64,000 bases of DNA from contig NC_068987.1 of assembly GCF_001194135.2 (NCBI RefSeq), positions 89,716,714 to 89,780,713 on the forward strand, read 5' to 3'. Positions 25,143-37,242 of this stretch are shown one piece after another. The notes under the pieces are model-generated. The model searched no databases. It was not told the DNA's origin and saw only the letters and a list, made by a program, of their open reading frames with translations. Both the position numbers and the translations under genes were made by a program. Within the stretch, counting starts at the first letter, position 1, and each line of letters starts with the position of its first letter. The stretch is from Octopus bimaculoides. Its lineage: Eukaryota.

Positions 25143-27039
25143 CTGCAAAAGATCAAAGTATCAGAAAGTTAAGAGGTTTTAAAACAAAATGAAATTATGC
25201 AATCACGAAATACGATTCTCTGTGTTAAGAATAGTGAGTGTTACATTGAGACATAAGAGAAGTTATCAGGAGGAAGAGAGTGAACAAGAATCTGAAAAGC
25301 GATCAATGAGTGCCCACATACATCTTTGACAATAAATGAAGAAATCAGTGAATTGGGTTGATCAGTGGTGTCTCCTTCGCCATACAGACCGCGACTGACA
25401 CCTTCCAACTTCTAGCTGTTCGGTTCAACCATCCTAAATTTCTGTTAAGCATTATATATCTAACATGTTTATTATTTCATTTAATTCATTGCCACATCAT
25501 CACAAAACGTCGCTATTGAGGAAAGACTAACGGACTCGATAAGAATGCTATCAGCAATAATCTGGTATCCTATCCAGGAGAGGTGAATTATTTCTAACTC
25601 GCTTTGCGTCTGAGCTCCATAACCATGTAGCACATTTTATACGAGCCACTAAAATATCCTCTATGTAGCTGCTTGAAACAGCAGCCAGATTTCTCTCAAA
25701 TTACTCTCTATCGAATGAAGCAGTCCTACATAAAATAAAATATGTGATGGTCATGGATTTGATCGTGGATCCGTACGATTCAGAGCTGACTCGGGATAAA
25801 TAACACCGCTTTATGCACCCCGCTCTCTGGTTTGGAGATGTTTACATTAGTTTGGTATTATATGAAAGTAGGTCGTAGTTTGCTATAAAATGACCAGTTA
25901 GATAAACACCTGCACAAACAACTGCCTTTTCACACAAATACCTATTTTCAAATAAATATAATTTTTTCTCACATCTCGTGAAAGATTTTATTATTCGGAA
26001 GTCGTAGCTTTCAGGCAATCACTATTTTGTAGCGAGAACCTTACCGAGTTTCGAACCATAGCACTCGGGTTCCCCCGCTCAAGACCTTAGCCTACTATAT
26101 TCGTTTTAAATTTTTCCACAAGGCCAGTGATCTTGGAAGAAGGCGTAAGTCGGTTACATCGACCCCAGTGCTCAACTGGTATTTATTTTATCGACTCCAA
26201 CAGGATGAAAGGCAAAGTCGACCCCAAGACGGACGAAATGTCGCTAAGCTTTGTTCCCGGCGTGCTAACGATTCTAACGGCTCGCCACCTTAACCGTGAA
26301 TTGCGAATCCAGTTGTGAAAAACTAATTGTGTCGCCCCAAAAATTCATTAACTCCTACGCTAATATGGCTCCGCTAATCAGATCGGGGTATAACCAAGTA
26401 AGCGGAAATCTTTTCACCCAAATCGTCTGCTCGGACCTTCTAGAGAAACACCAATGGGTTATAAAAACTGGCGAGTTGAACTCCCAGACAGAGCCATTCA
26501 GAATTTCACGAGGAGTCTTATTGCTATGTTCTGTCTGATAGTCTTACCCTTTGGTACGTTTCTTCACAGAATTATATAACTCAATGATATATATGTTCTC
26601 ATTTTTTCTACTTGTTTTGCATTGAACCACTTAAAATGCGACTCGAAGCTATGTTAGTCAGCATATTGATAAAGTGTTCGAATCATTTCCGCTTAATTTG
26701 TTGTGGTAAGAAGCTTGCTTCTCAACTACATGGTTCTGGGTTCAGTTCCACTGCGTGGCTGACCAAAGCCTTGTCAGTGCACTGGCAGACAGAAACTGAA
26801 ACAAGCCAATCGTGTGTGTATATATTTGTTTGACTAAAACCTCTTCAAATCAGTGCCCCAGCATGGCCGCAGACTAATGACTGAAGCAAGTAAAAGATAA
26901 AAAGATTATAAAACTATTAATGAGGTTACTGCGAACGTAATATGCATCCTACCAAAATGTATTTCGTTAATAATTATTCACGCTAAGATTTTATATTGCG
27001 TACTGATAGCCCTGATATGACCAATTGAACATGAAAGTA

Positions 27040-27677
27040 CGAGGGCGAGTGAGAATGTAATACAATTTTATTTGTATTACTGGATCTTTTTTAAAACGGG
27101 GGCCACATTTTTCATTAACGAAACACTTTGAAACTTGGAACACTGGTAGAATGTGTCATATAAAACATCTTTTTCTCTTAGTCTTCTTAAAAAAAAAAAT
27201 CCCTAAGTTATTCCATGTTAAAGTTGTCGTATTTCTGTAATTTCAACCAATCACTGACGTCCATTCAGCCGATATACATTAAGTGCCGACTACATAAACA
27301 AACGATTTTGAAACAATTCTATCGGTGATAGGGTTAGGGTTAGGATTAGGGTTAGGGTTAGGGTAAAACAGCAAATTTAAAAAGAAAAAAGCAAAACGAA
27401 GCTATGGAAATTAAATACGCTTTACACCGCTTAATCAGCCAAAGGAGTAAATGTAAACAACTGAATACTTGTCAGTGATTGGTTGAAATTATCGAAATAA
27501 GACAATTTTTTACATGAAATAAATTCGAATACAAAAATATTTTTCTGTTCTATAACACAAAATAGATAAGTATACGAAGTTTGAAAGTCTTTCGGTACCA
27601 AAAACACTACGTAAAACATTAATGAAAAATGTGGCCCCCGTTTTAAAAAAGATCCGTATTACTTTCTGACTCATACT
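27040..27677. mobile_element. Minimal (~60 bp) mariner-derived palindromic element split by a MITE
   Basis: Removing the MITE leaves TA-CGAGGGCGAGTGAGAATGTAATACA...TGTATTACTTTCTGACTCATACT-TA, which resembles mariner-type inverted ends. Confidence 0.55.
27081..27656. mobile_element. MITE with perfect 37-bp TIRs, (G)TATTAC TSD and a (TTAGGG)n core
   Basis: TIR GGATCTTTTTTAAAACGGGGGCCACATTTTTCATTAA at 27082-27118, inverse at 27619-27655. TATTAC at 27075-27080 and 27657-27662. About 6 TTAGGG units at 27329-27363. Confidence 0.9.
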
Positions 27678-28428
27678 TAGGGAAATACCAGCACGAAAAC
27701 GAAACTTCGTCAAGTGGCTTCCTTTTATTACAAATTTCTTTTGCCCAGTTACGATAATTCGATTTTATCGGAAGAATGGTCACAGTAATAAAAAATACCA
27801 GCTGCATTTCGTTATGTCTTTTTGTATTCTGAGTTCACATCTCAGTATGATCAGCTTCGATATTCATCCTTTCGAAGTCGATAAAAAAAAAAGTACCAGT
27901 GAATTAACTGAATCACTACTAACCACTATACCAGGACCAGTAAATCTGATACTAGAGTAAATTATATGCTGTTACCCTTTACTCGGTGCCATATGTATGT
28001 GCTTATATTGTTCAGTAGCTATTTCAGACTTGATCCATCTCTCCCTTGTGCCTTTATTACGCGAAGAAAGAAAAGGGTATTTCAAACCAGACGATAGCAA
28101 CATAAAAGTGGAATATTCCATTTTGTGCTAAGTGTACATTGTTCTTTTTATTTAACCTCCCTGACGTCAATTACAAAGGTTCCTTTATACAGATATAGAT
28201 TTTAATCGTCGTAGATAATGTTCTAGTATCTGTTGCTGATGTTACTTTATAGCCGTGTCAGAGCTGTCGTCACCCTTATCGAATTTACAATGATATTGTA
28301 AACTGCTTCACTGAAATTCCTTTTTACAAACCTTTGCAATGCGTGGATACCACTGGTTACCTATCTTTGTTTCCTGTTCTGTAAATGGGAAGGGGAAATA
28401 GATCTCTTCCTAAGATATGACACAAGTC

Positions 28429-29401
28429 TGTAGTGAAATTACCTATCGCCATTAGATACAAAACTACTATCGCCATTACATACAAACTATCTTCTCATTT
28501 ATATATAAACAAGCGCGGGCGTAGTGGAAAACATTTTTCCCTGTCATCACGTGACTGATTATTATTTGAAGCGGCAACTGCTTAGTACCGTTCCCGCCAG
28601 AACGCAACCTGACCAATCACGACACCTAATAAGGTCACGTGATAGAGTATTTTACTGATACCTTTGGGAGCCTACTATCAACTATGAATAGACCAAATTA
28701 TACCCGGCAAATTCGTCTCGGTTCAGATCTCTTAGAGACCTGTTCCGTGTACCACACAGATCAGCAGCAGCAGTTCCAGCGACTACTTCAACAGCTTCGT
28801 CCAGCTACGACTACCACCGACGTCGCCATCAGCAACACGAGTCTACGACTACTAACCAGCATCATCGCCACCAGCATCGCCAACATAGTCAACACGACTT
28901 TAACTACGAACTACAAGATTCGCCACCGTTGATTTCTACGTACACCAACTAACCAAACTACCGCGGCACATCTCTCTCTCTTCGATNNNNNNNNNNCAAG
29001 AGTTCAGCCTGCGACGAACATCTGTATAACAAGAACCCGGCCCGGCATGGAAGCCACAACATCACAACTAGTGATCGCTCTGCCACACACGCCTCAACTT
29101 CTTTCATATACAGACTCTTCCTATTGTGTACTCTAAGAACTGGTATAAATGCTCACGTGTTACTGACTCTTTCTATCTGCTGTATATAACGCATACACAT
29201 ACATGTATCACTTACACACACTCTTTTCTTTATACGACGGCCTGTCTTTTATTAGGTTTTCATTATGTCGCATTCACACTCACACACAAACATACATTTT
29301 AATGTCACAATAAATATTCCTGTTATCCATCTCAATCGGTTGTCATCTATCGTCTTCATTACTGGTCATTTACGAAATCACTATGTTATCGTAGTATAAC
29401 A
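28429..29401 (+). mobile_element. Possible solo LTR
   Basis: Starts TGTAGTG, ends GTATAACA, has a late AATAAA and a CA-rich low-complexity interior. No matching TSD was found. Confidence 0.3.
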
Positions 29402-30283
29402 TATTTATATATCATCTTTGATATAATTTTTGTGTTCGACCGTGTGACGCGTTTAAATGAAAGGAGTCCTGTTTTTCCATTCGTCACCATTTCTCCTTTT
29501 TGGGTTCGCACGGTCGTTCTTACAAGTCTACTGCCGAGAAGTTTTTCACAAACAAGATAAATTGAATTTTGCAACTCAAGAAAAATTGAACTCAGCAACG
29601 GAAACTAACTTTTAAAAATTTGTTTTCCTGTGCCATTTATGGTGTTGTATCAGCAGAATAGATTAAACAGCGAACAAAATGTCTTGCATATTTACGTTCT
29701 GAGTTCAAATCCTGCCAGTTAATTTTACCCTTCATGTTTTCGATTCAAGGTTTAGCCAGTTTCTTGTGCCTAGTGCAACTTTAAGGTATGAATACACTGG
29801 TCAGTTACTCGTGGTGGGTAATGGGTTTAGAAATCCAGTGCTAATGTATGCATGTGGTTTGCTGTGAAATACTAGTGTACCTAGTGCATTGCTTTCCTCC
29901 TGGGGCCTATAATACTGTTAAGACGGCTCTGATTGTGACAAATGTTAGAAATCATGGTTTCCATATATCACTTAAGACCATGAATCTACATACGAACAGG
30001 GTCTCTCCAAGATGCAAACATGAGCAATTTATGAAGTTTTTATGAACGACAAACAGTTTGAGTGTAGCGTTCTTAACAACCTTAACTACGGAACACAATG
30101 GGAGATATTCTCCAAGTCTTAAACATAAAACAACGTTATGAAAATCTATAAATTTATGCATCAGAATAGAGTTGGGAAAATTTAAGATGCGTGGAATTTC
30201 TACGGGTTTTGCTAATATATTCTAACTAGAATATCATACTTTCTGATAAGTAATGGTAACAAAGCAGAAATCTCTTTACTTAC

Positions 30284-30481
30284 GTAATGGTAAATTGGTG
30301 ATAATGATCAAAGAAATAATACAGATTGTAATCAAAGGATCAGCGTAGTGGCACCAGTGACCTTCTCCGAAAATACTGAGAAGTCCGCTCAAGATTAGTC
30401 CAAGAGATGCTAAATTATTCCCGATCACGTGAACACAAAGCAGATATAAATCAACATGACCTTTTTTTGTTTGAACCTGGT
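30284..30481 (-). CDS. SLC30-like transporter, exon 3 (TM5-TM6)
   Basis: ttttgaattccag| acceptor, C|GTAAGT donor, phase 1 to 1. Encodes (Y)QVQTKKGHVDLYLLCVHVIGNNLASLGLILSGLL...WCHYADPLITICIISLIIITNLPL. Confidence 0.9.
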
Positions 30482-31703
30482 CTGGAATTCAAAAGAGAAA
30501 ACATAAGAGAGAAGAAACAAAACAAACTCAAAAAAAACAAAACAACAAGGAAATCAACCATCCGTCCATTTCCACTGCTCACTATTCCTGATATAACCAA
30601 CCGTCTTCTTCTTTACTCTGCCCTTAGGTCTCCTACTGGTTGGTTCGGCTTGAAGAATCTTTTTTGTGATCCTTTTCTGCGTGTTTTAATTACATGTCCA
30701 TTGTATCGGATCAGATGTTTATTGAACCCAATCCTCCAGTTCAGTCCTGATAGAACAGAACTACAATTAAACGCAATCAAGCCGTGACCACCCACTCGTT
30801 TTTCTAAACATAGTGTATCTTGATTTAATATGTCCTTCCCATTTAATGACGGTATGATTTGAAAACAGATTGGCTGCTATTACAAGCAGATCGAACGACA
30901 ACAAAGAGGCCCGGACGTTGGCTTGTCGTAGCTGTTTGTCTTAGTGGTTTGGTAACGAGGAACAATTATGACCATATCTTCGTTAGCCATCCGCGACTGA
31001 TTAGGGGTCGCTGGTTATGACCCCATCAACTCCCGCTGCACAAACACCAATAGTACATTGCACCTGTTTATGGCAACAAAACAACTCACCACTGACAAAA
31101 TACAAACCACCTACTAGGTCGTCAATAAGATCAATGATAATGTAGCGGTAATTCTAAACTGAACCGCAAGGTAGCCGGTCAAACACCATGATCAAACCAC
31201 AATAGTTTCACGTGATCGGTCTGTTAAGTAATCAGTCAGCTTCAAGCCATCGCATGATTCAATCCTATAGAATTTTCTTCTCGTGCCCTATAAAGATGTG
31301 TTTTTTGGCGATAATTGCAGAATGTTGAGGCAGTTGCACATTCTCATCGCCACCTCCACTCGTTTAAGACAGATGACAGGTAGCAGACAGGAATTGTGTC
31401 ACCACGAATATAGCGCAATTATTTTCCAGTTGTAAAGGGTCAACAACAAATTGCTATATCAGTAAGCTTATCGTAAACTCCAAATAATATGTCTCTCCCA
31501 GTATGTAATTGCTGTTGTTATTTGTAAAAGACCAACACAGTTAAAACTCTACGTGCAGTAGTGAAATCTGTTTATTGTTAGTGGGTGTTGTTCAGTTATT
31601 TCTTCACGCAGCCCAAGAAATACATTTTCATTCAGCAACCCGGTCAGTTATCATCTCAGACCAGCCGGCAACAACAAATCACACCGACACAACTCACGAC
31701 AAT

Positions 31704-31749
<46 letters not shown>

Positions 31750-31793
31750 GTATCTGTTCTTGTAGGATTAATGCATTGTTAACGTTTACTTAC

Positions 31794-32154
31794 ATGCGAT
31801 AAGTTTTTCTTCCGACAGCTTTACCGCTTGAGAATGTTTGCTAGTACAAGACAGACTGTTATAGCCACAATCCTTGTCATCTTCATAACATTTCAGTTTC
31901 TTGTTCTTTCGTCTCTGCCGGTTCAAAGCCACAGCAAGTATAATCAAACAAAGGAGGTTGACACTAAGTCCAACACAACCCATGATAACAATTATAGATG
32001 GTTGTTTCAGCTCCACTGTTGTGATTAGACGCTTCGCTGTGTGACTGATGATGGATATTGACAGAGCTAAAATGAACGTGGAATTAGCAAAGCCACCAAG
32101 AACGTAGCAACGTCCATAACCGTAGGTGTTTTTTTCCTTTCTATTTCGAGCTAT
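31794..32154 (-). CDS. SLC30-like transporter, exon 2 (TM3-TM4 and loop)
   Basis: ttttcatattcaatag| acceptor, T|GTAAGT donor. Encodes IARNRKEKNTYGYGRCYVLGGFANSTFILALSISII...QPSIIVIMGCVGLSVNLLCLIIL..., matching ZnT1 KNTFGWxRAEVxGA. Confidence 0.9.
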
Positions 32155-33459
32155 CTATTGAATATGAAAATACAAAAAAAGATATCAAGTTATAACATAT
32201 ACAGTATTTGGTGGCATATAAGACACTTTCCAAAAATATGTCTCAAACAATAAGTCGGTCTCCCTGGGTCCTGTATGTAAAGTTGGGTCTCCAATAAGCA
32301 TTAATGCACTTCACACTTTTTCCTGGACATGTGCTACTGGAATTGCAGTATGTCTAATATTCCTGTGTCTTTTAAGGCCATTACATACGGTACATTCCTT
32401 CACAATGTCTTTAACTCGATTTCTTCGACTTCAGAAATAAAGTGTCTTTTACTCATTAATTGAAGGTTTATAGGCTTGTGGACATTTTATTTTCTCATTT
32501 GAAGGACATTAGAAGCAAGGAGTTGAGATATATTAAAACCAAAAGAAAAAAATAAAAGTTTGTGTCGTAGGAAGTTTTCTTATATTGAGAGATAAAGTCC
32601 TTAGGTACAGCCAGTGGGACTATTTCGGTATTGGTTCAGTATTATACTCGAATATAAATTATCGACTGTCGACACGACACTCTTTACAAGAGAAATTATA
32701 TTAGTAATATTGAAATAATAGATAACTTAATTTGTACTAAATTTACTGTTTCATTCATATGAAGATATTCAGCAAGTAACCAGATTTCAAAATCAATTCT
32801 AAGAGCTATATTTTCCAATAAACTAATATAAGGTTGAGAGAAAGAAAGAGTTAACTAGCTTTGTTTGCATCGGAGAATGTCTTCTGCAATGTGCTGGCTG
32901 AGTAACGTCGTATGGAGAATTTATCTAGTCGAAGAGAAAGATAAATATCTGTTTTTCTGCAGGAATTAACAGAACAATAGCCCCAAAATCTTGTAGTAGA
33001 TTAGAAATCGAATCGCTGGATAGCTGTGCAGATACTACGGTAAAATCACTGTCGTTTCACGTGATCGGCGGATTAAGTGACCAATTGACGTCAAGCTATC
33101 ACGTGATTCGACTTTCTAGAACTTTCTAACGGGCTTATAAACGGGTGTATTTTTTGTGGCAACTCCAGAATGTTGAGACAGCCGCTTTAACGTCCCCATT
33201 CTGATTGTCTTTCACCATTAACATCAAATCCACAGGCGATACCACCACGACAAACTCTTAGCGACTGCCTTAGCAGTAAACTCAAATCCGGCCCTGGATT
33301 TCATCTGAGTTTACTGCTGAAGAGTTTCCTAGAAATTAAACTTCCAGTAGAAGGACAAAGGGGTCCCGACAATTGGATTACTCTTTACTCTGGTCCGTAA
33401 CCAGTTGGTAGGGGATTAAATTCAGGTATGTTAGCTAATGAATCACTTGTAAATTTTAC

Positions 33460-34160
33460 AGTGATACAACAAAGACTATGCTGATAGAGCTGGACACTCA
33501 GAGCTTAGCATTCGGTCTTAAAATGAACCGCATGGACTACAAAATATATGCCGTCGCCCCAGGCAAGCTGAACTTCGGCGTGTACAAGCTGACGGTATCG
33601 GAAATTTCCTTGTCTTTGTTACTCCCTCTTTGGCACTCCCTGGTACATGGCGCCCTGGCGGCTGCCCGAGTTGCCCGTGCTTGTACCTAGGGTATACTAT
33701 AAATATGCGCTGGAGATATGGATACTGAAATCTCAAAGAGAATAAGGGCGTGATGGAAAGCATTTAACTCAATAATGGATGAGCTCAGAACAACGCTTGA
33801 CAATGCCATACGTGTCAGGCTCTTCAACAGCACCGCCCTACCTGCGTTCTTATATGCAAATGAGATGTAGGCTGCTATGAAGAGGATAGAACATCGATTG
33901 GCTTCGAGGGAAAGGGCTATGGAAAGATCCATGCAAGGAATATCATTATAAGAGCATATTCAAAATGGAATAATTCGGGAAGGGGGTTGGGTGAACGATG
34001 TGATCGCAGAATACCGAAAGAACCAGTTCCGCTGGACCAGATATTTTGCAAGGTCCACAGACAACAGATGGACCCAAGAGACCGGAAAATGCCACATTGA
34101 AGGCCTCCATAACGATGGGAAAACGATTTAGTTAAGAAATTTGGGTCAAGATGGAAAGGA
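33460..34160 (+). mobile_element. RTE/BovB-type LINE ORF2 remnant interrupted by a GC-rich insert at ~33545-33682
   Basis: QSLAFGLKMNR, [insert], YLG...DTEISKRIRA*WKAF...RLFNSTALPAFLYANEM*...ERAMERSM...RWTRYFARSTDNRWT, with several in-frame stops. Confidence 0.8.
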
Positions 34161-35310
34161 ATGGCATTGGTTTGGAAGCGCATTGTGACATATGAATGTT
34201 CGATACTGTGACAACAACGGTTAGTTGTGTATACGTTCTAGCGTCTATTGACAGCCCAGACAGACAACTATACATCCTTGTTTGTCATGTAATATTGTGT
34301 CAGTTTTAAGGCGGCGAGCTGGCAGAAACGTTAGCACNNNNNNNNNNNNNNNNNNNNNNNNNNNNNNNNNNNNNNNNNNNNNNNNNNNNNNNNNNNNNNN
34401 NNNNNNNNNNNNNNNNNNNNNNNNNNNNNNNNNNNNNNNNNNNNNNNNNNNNNNNNNNNNNNNNNNNNNNNNNNNNNNNNNNNNNNNNNNNNNNNNNNNN
34501 NNNNNNNNNNNNNNNNNNNNNNNNNNNNNNNNNNNNNNNNNNNNNNNNNNNNNNNNNNNNNNNNNNNNNNNNNNNNNNNNNNNNNNNNNNNNNNNNNNNN
34601 NNNNNNNNNNNNNNNNNNNNNNNNNNNNNNNNNNNNNNNNNNNNNNNNNNNNNNNNNNNNNNNNNNNNNNNNNNNNNNNNNNNNNNNNNNNNNNNNNNNN
34701 NNNNNNNNNNNNNNNNNNNNNNNNNNNNNNNNNNNNNNNNNNNNNNNNNNNNNNNNNNNNNNNNNNNNNNNNNNNNNNNNNNNNNNNNNNNNNNNNNNNN
34801 NNNNNNNNNNNNNNNNNNNNNNNNNNNNNNNNNNNNNNNNNNNNNNNNNNNNNNNNNNNNNNNNNNNNNNNNNNNNNNNNNNNNNNNNNNNNNNNNNNNN
34901 NNNNNNNNNNNNNNNNNNNNNNNNNNNNNNNNNNNNNNNNNNNNNNNNNNNNNNNNNNNNNNNNNNNNNNNNNNNNNNNNNNNNNNNNNNNNNNNNNNNN
35001 NNNNNNNNNNNNNNNNNNNNNNNNNNNNNNNNNNNNNNNNNNNNNNNNNNNNNNNNNNNNNNNNNNNNNNNNNNNNNNNNNNNCACACACACACACACAA
35101 TGGGCTTCTTTCAGTTTCCATCTACCAAATCCACTCACAAGGATTTGGTCGGCCCGAGGCTATAGTTAGAAGACATTTGCCGAAGGTGACACGCTGTGGG
35201 ACTGAATCCGGAACCAAGTGGAACCACACACCCACACCTGTGCCTCAGATTTGTTTAGTTCTGTAAGTTATAACCTTGCAGGTAAATTTATTATTGATCC
35301 GTACATACAT

Positions 35311-35524
35311 TCTTTTCTACTCTAGGCACAAGGCTCGAAATTTTTGGGGAGGGGGCAGTCGATTAGATCGACCCCAGTACGCAACTGGTACTTAATTTAT
35401 CGACCCCGAATGGATGAAAGGCAAAGTCGACCTCGGTAGAATTTGAACTCAGAACGTAAAGACAGACGAAATACAGCCAAGCATTTCGCCCGGCGTGCCA
35501 ACGTTTCTGCCAGCTCGCCGCCTT
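35311..35524 (-). mobile_element. Full-length SINE family A copy just downstream of ZnT exon 1
   Basis: Reverse complement of the 44291-44506 copy. Confidence 0.9.
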
Positions 35525-35591
35525 GACCCGTACATATATTGAATAAATAATGGGGACGACAGCAGAATATGAAGAATGCCAAATTACTTAC

Positions 35592-35765
35592 TTTCATGAC
35601 AACGATGCTAACCAGCAACGAGGCTCCATCAGCAAGAACCCGGTAGGAATCGATTTCCAAAGCTAAAGAATTTGTCAAAACGCTGAAGTATTTCTCCACA
35701 ATAAAATAAATGAAATGAAGGATTGATATGAAAATAATCGAGTATTGGTCACGTTTAAATGACAT
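35592..35765 (-). CDS. CDF/SLC30 (ZnT1/ZnT10-like) transporter, exon 1 (TM1-TM2)
   Basis: ATG at 35765, AAA|GTAAGT donor. Encodes MSFKRDQYSIIFISILHFIYFIVEKYFSVLTNSLALEIDSYRVLADGASLLVSIVVMK, matching the ZnT1-type S-L-A-x-x-x-D-S-x-H-x-x-x-D pattern with H replaced by R. Confidence 0.88.
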
Positions 35766-37194
35766 TGCTGACCGTTCTGTGCAGGAAGTCTTTACAGATG
35801 GAATCTCAATCGATATAGCGATAATTCTATTCGTTCAGAGAAGAAGTAAATAAAGAATGGAGCACCATGGGTGCTATCTTGCTTCTTTACACATGGAGAA
35901 GTAATTCTGAAATAAATAAAATCAAATAATTATAAATACGATGAATCTTTAGGTGGCAAATATACTTCGATCATAAATATATTATAGAACAATAATTCAA
36001 ATATGAATTAGAAGCAGCGCTAGAGTTGCAAACATTATCGAACACACAAGCACAACGAATGTGATTAACTTACTCGCCGGTAGGTGGCGCTTTAGACAAG
36101 TGGGGATGACTCCCTCAAAGCACCTGTCTTACCTGTTTATGATTTTCAGGTGTTTTAACACCCGGCGCTATAACAGAGTCATCCACACCGCGCTAAATTG
36201 CAGCCTATTGGCGAACAAGCAAAACACATACATTAAATGTGTGTGTTTGATAATGTTTACAACAATAATTATATAAAATATGTAATAGAACAATAATTAT
36301 AGAAATATAGAAATAATTTGTTTCCTTTTTATTCAAGAATTTCGAAACTTCATTAAATTAAAAGATTATTTATTGGTGCAAGCCCTGGCTGTGTGGTTAA
36401 GATGCTCACCTTGCAACAATGTGGTTTTGAGTTCAATCCCACTGCACATCTTTGGCAAGTGTCTTACACTACAGCCCCGGACCGACCAATATCCTACGAG
36501 TGAATTTGGCTGACGGAAACTGTGTGGAAGCCCGTCATGTATATATATTATTTTGAAAAATTTAATGTGACTCCGGGGCCGGGAGTTTCGTGCATTGGGA
36601 CTTACCAAAACAAAACATTATCAATATCAATCAAGGCAAAGTTTCGACCCTTTATGGCAATCATATATTTGCATCCTGAGTTCAATTTCCACCGGGGTCA
36701 ACATTGCTTTTCATTCTTTCGGGGTCGACAAAATAAGTACCTGCTGAGCCCTGCGGTCGATCTAATCAACTTACTTCCTACCCCGAAATTGCTGGCCTTG
36801 TGCCAAAATTCGAAACCATTATTAGAAATCAAAGCATAATAATCTTTTTAAAAAGCAGAATCGGTAGAGCATCGGAGAAAATAGCTTGTAGTATTTGCTT
36901 GCGTCTCTTGACGTTCAAATTCCGCCTAGGTTGATAAAATAATTACAACTGAAGTGGTTACGGGTGGAGAGCGGTAGCGTAGCTAGGGATATGATCAACC
37001 CGGGTGACATTTTTATTGGGTGCTTTATCTCCTGTCTTTCTCATATTCATTTAATCCACTTGTACCTCGGTTTACGAACGCCTCTGGTGACGAATAAATC
37101 GTACTTTATATATATCTATGTCTATATATATTAGACAGAATGAGATAACAAATCCAAGGGTGTGAGGAGTTTTCAGGACATTTATAATGAAATA

Positions 37195-37242
37195 GTCTTA
37201 CAGCTGTTTCTGGTATATTATGGATATCCCTTCATCAGAGAC
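37195..37242 (-). ncRNA. Type I minimal hammerhead ribozyme motif (Penelope-like element end)
   Basis: Minus strand reads GTCT-CTGATGA-A-GGGATAT ccata ATATACC-A-GAAA-C agct G-TA^-AGAC. Stem I is 4 bp, stem II is 6 of 7 bp, stem III is palindromic. Confidence 0.6.

Noticed and set aside
27329-27363. TTAGGG tract as a chromosome-fusion scar
   Set aside because: It is internal to a TIR- and TSD-bounded MITE.
28639-28932. 97-aa Q/T-rich ORF
   Set aside because: Low-complexity frame inside an LTR-like repeat, with no recognisable domain or splice support.
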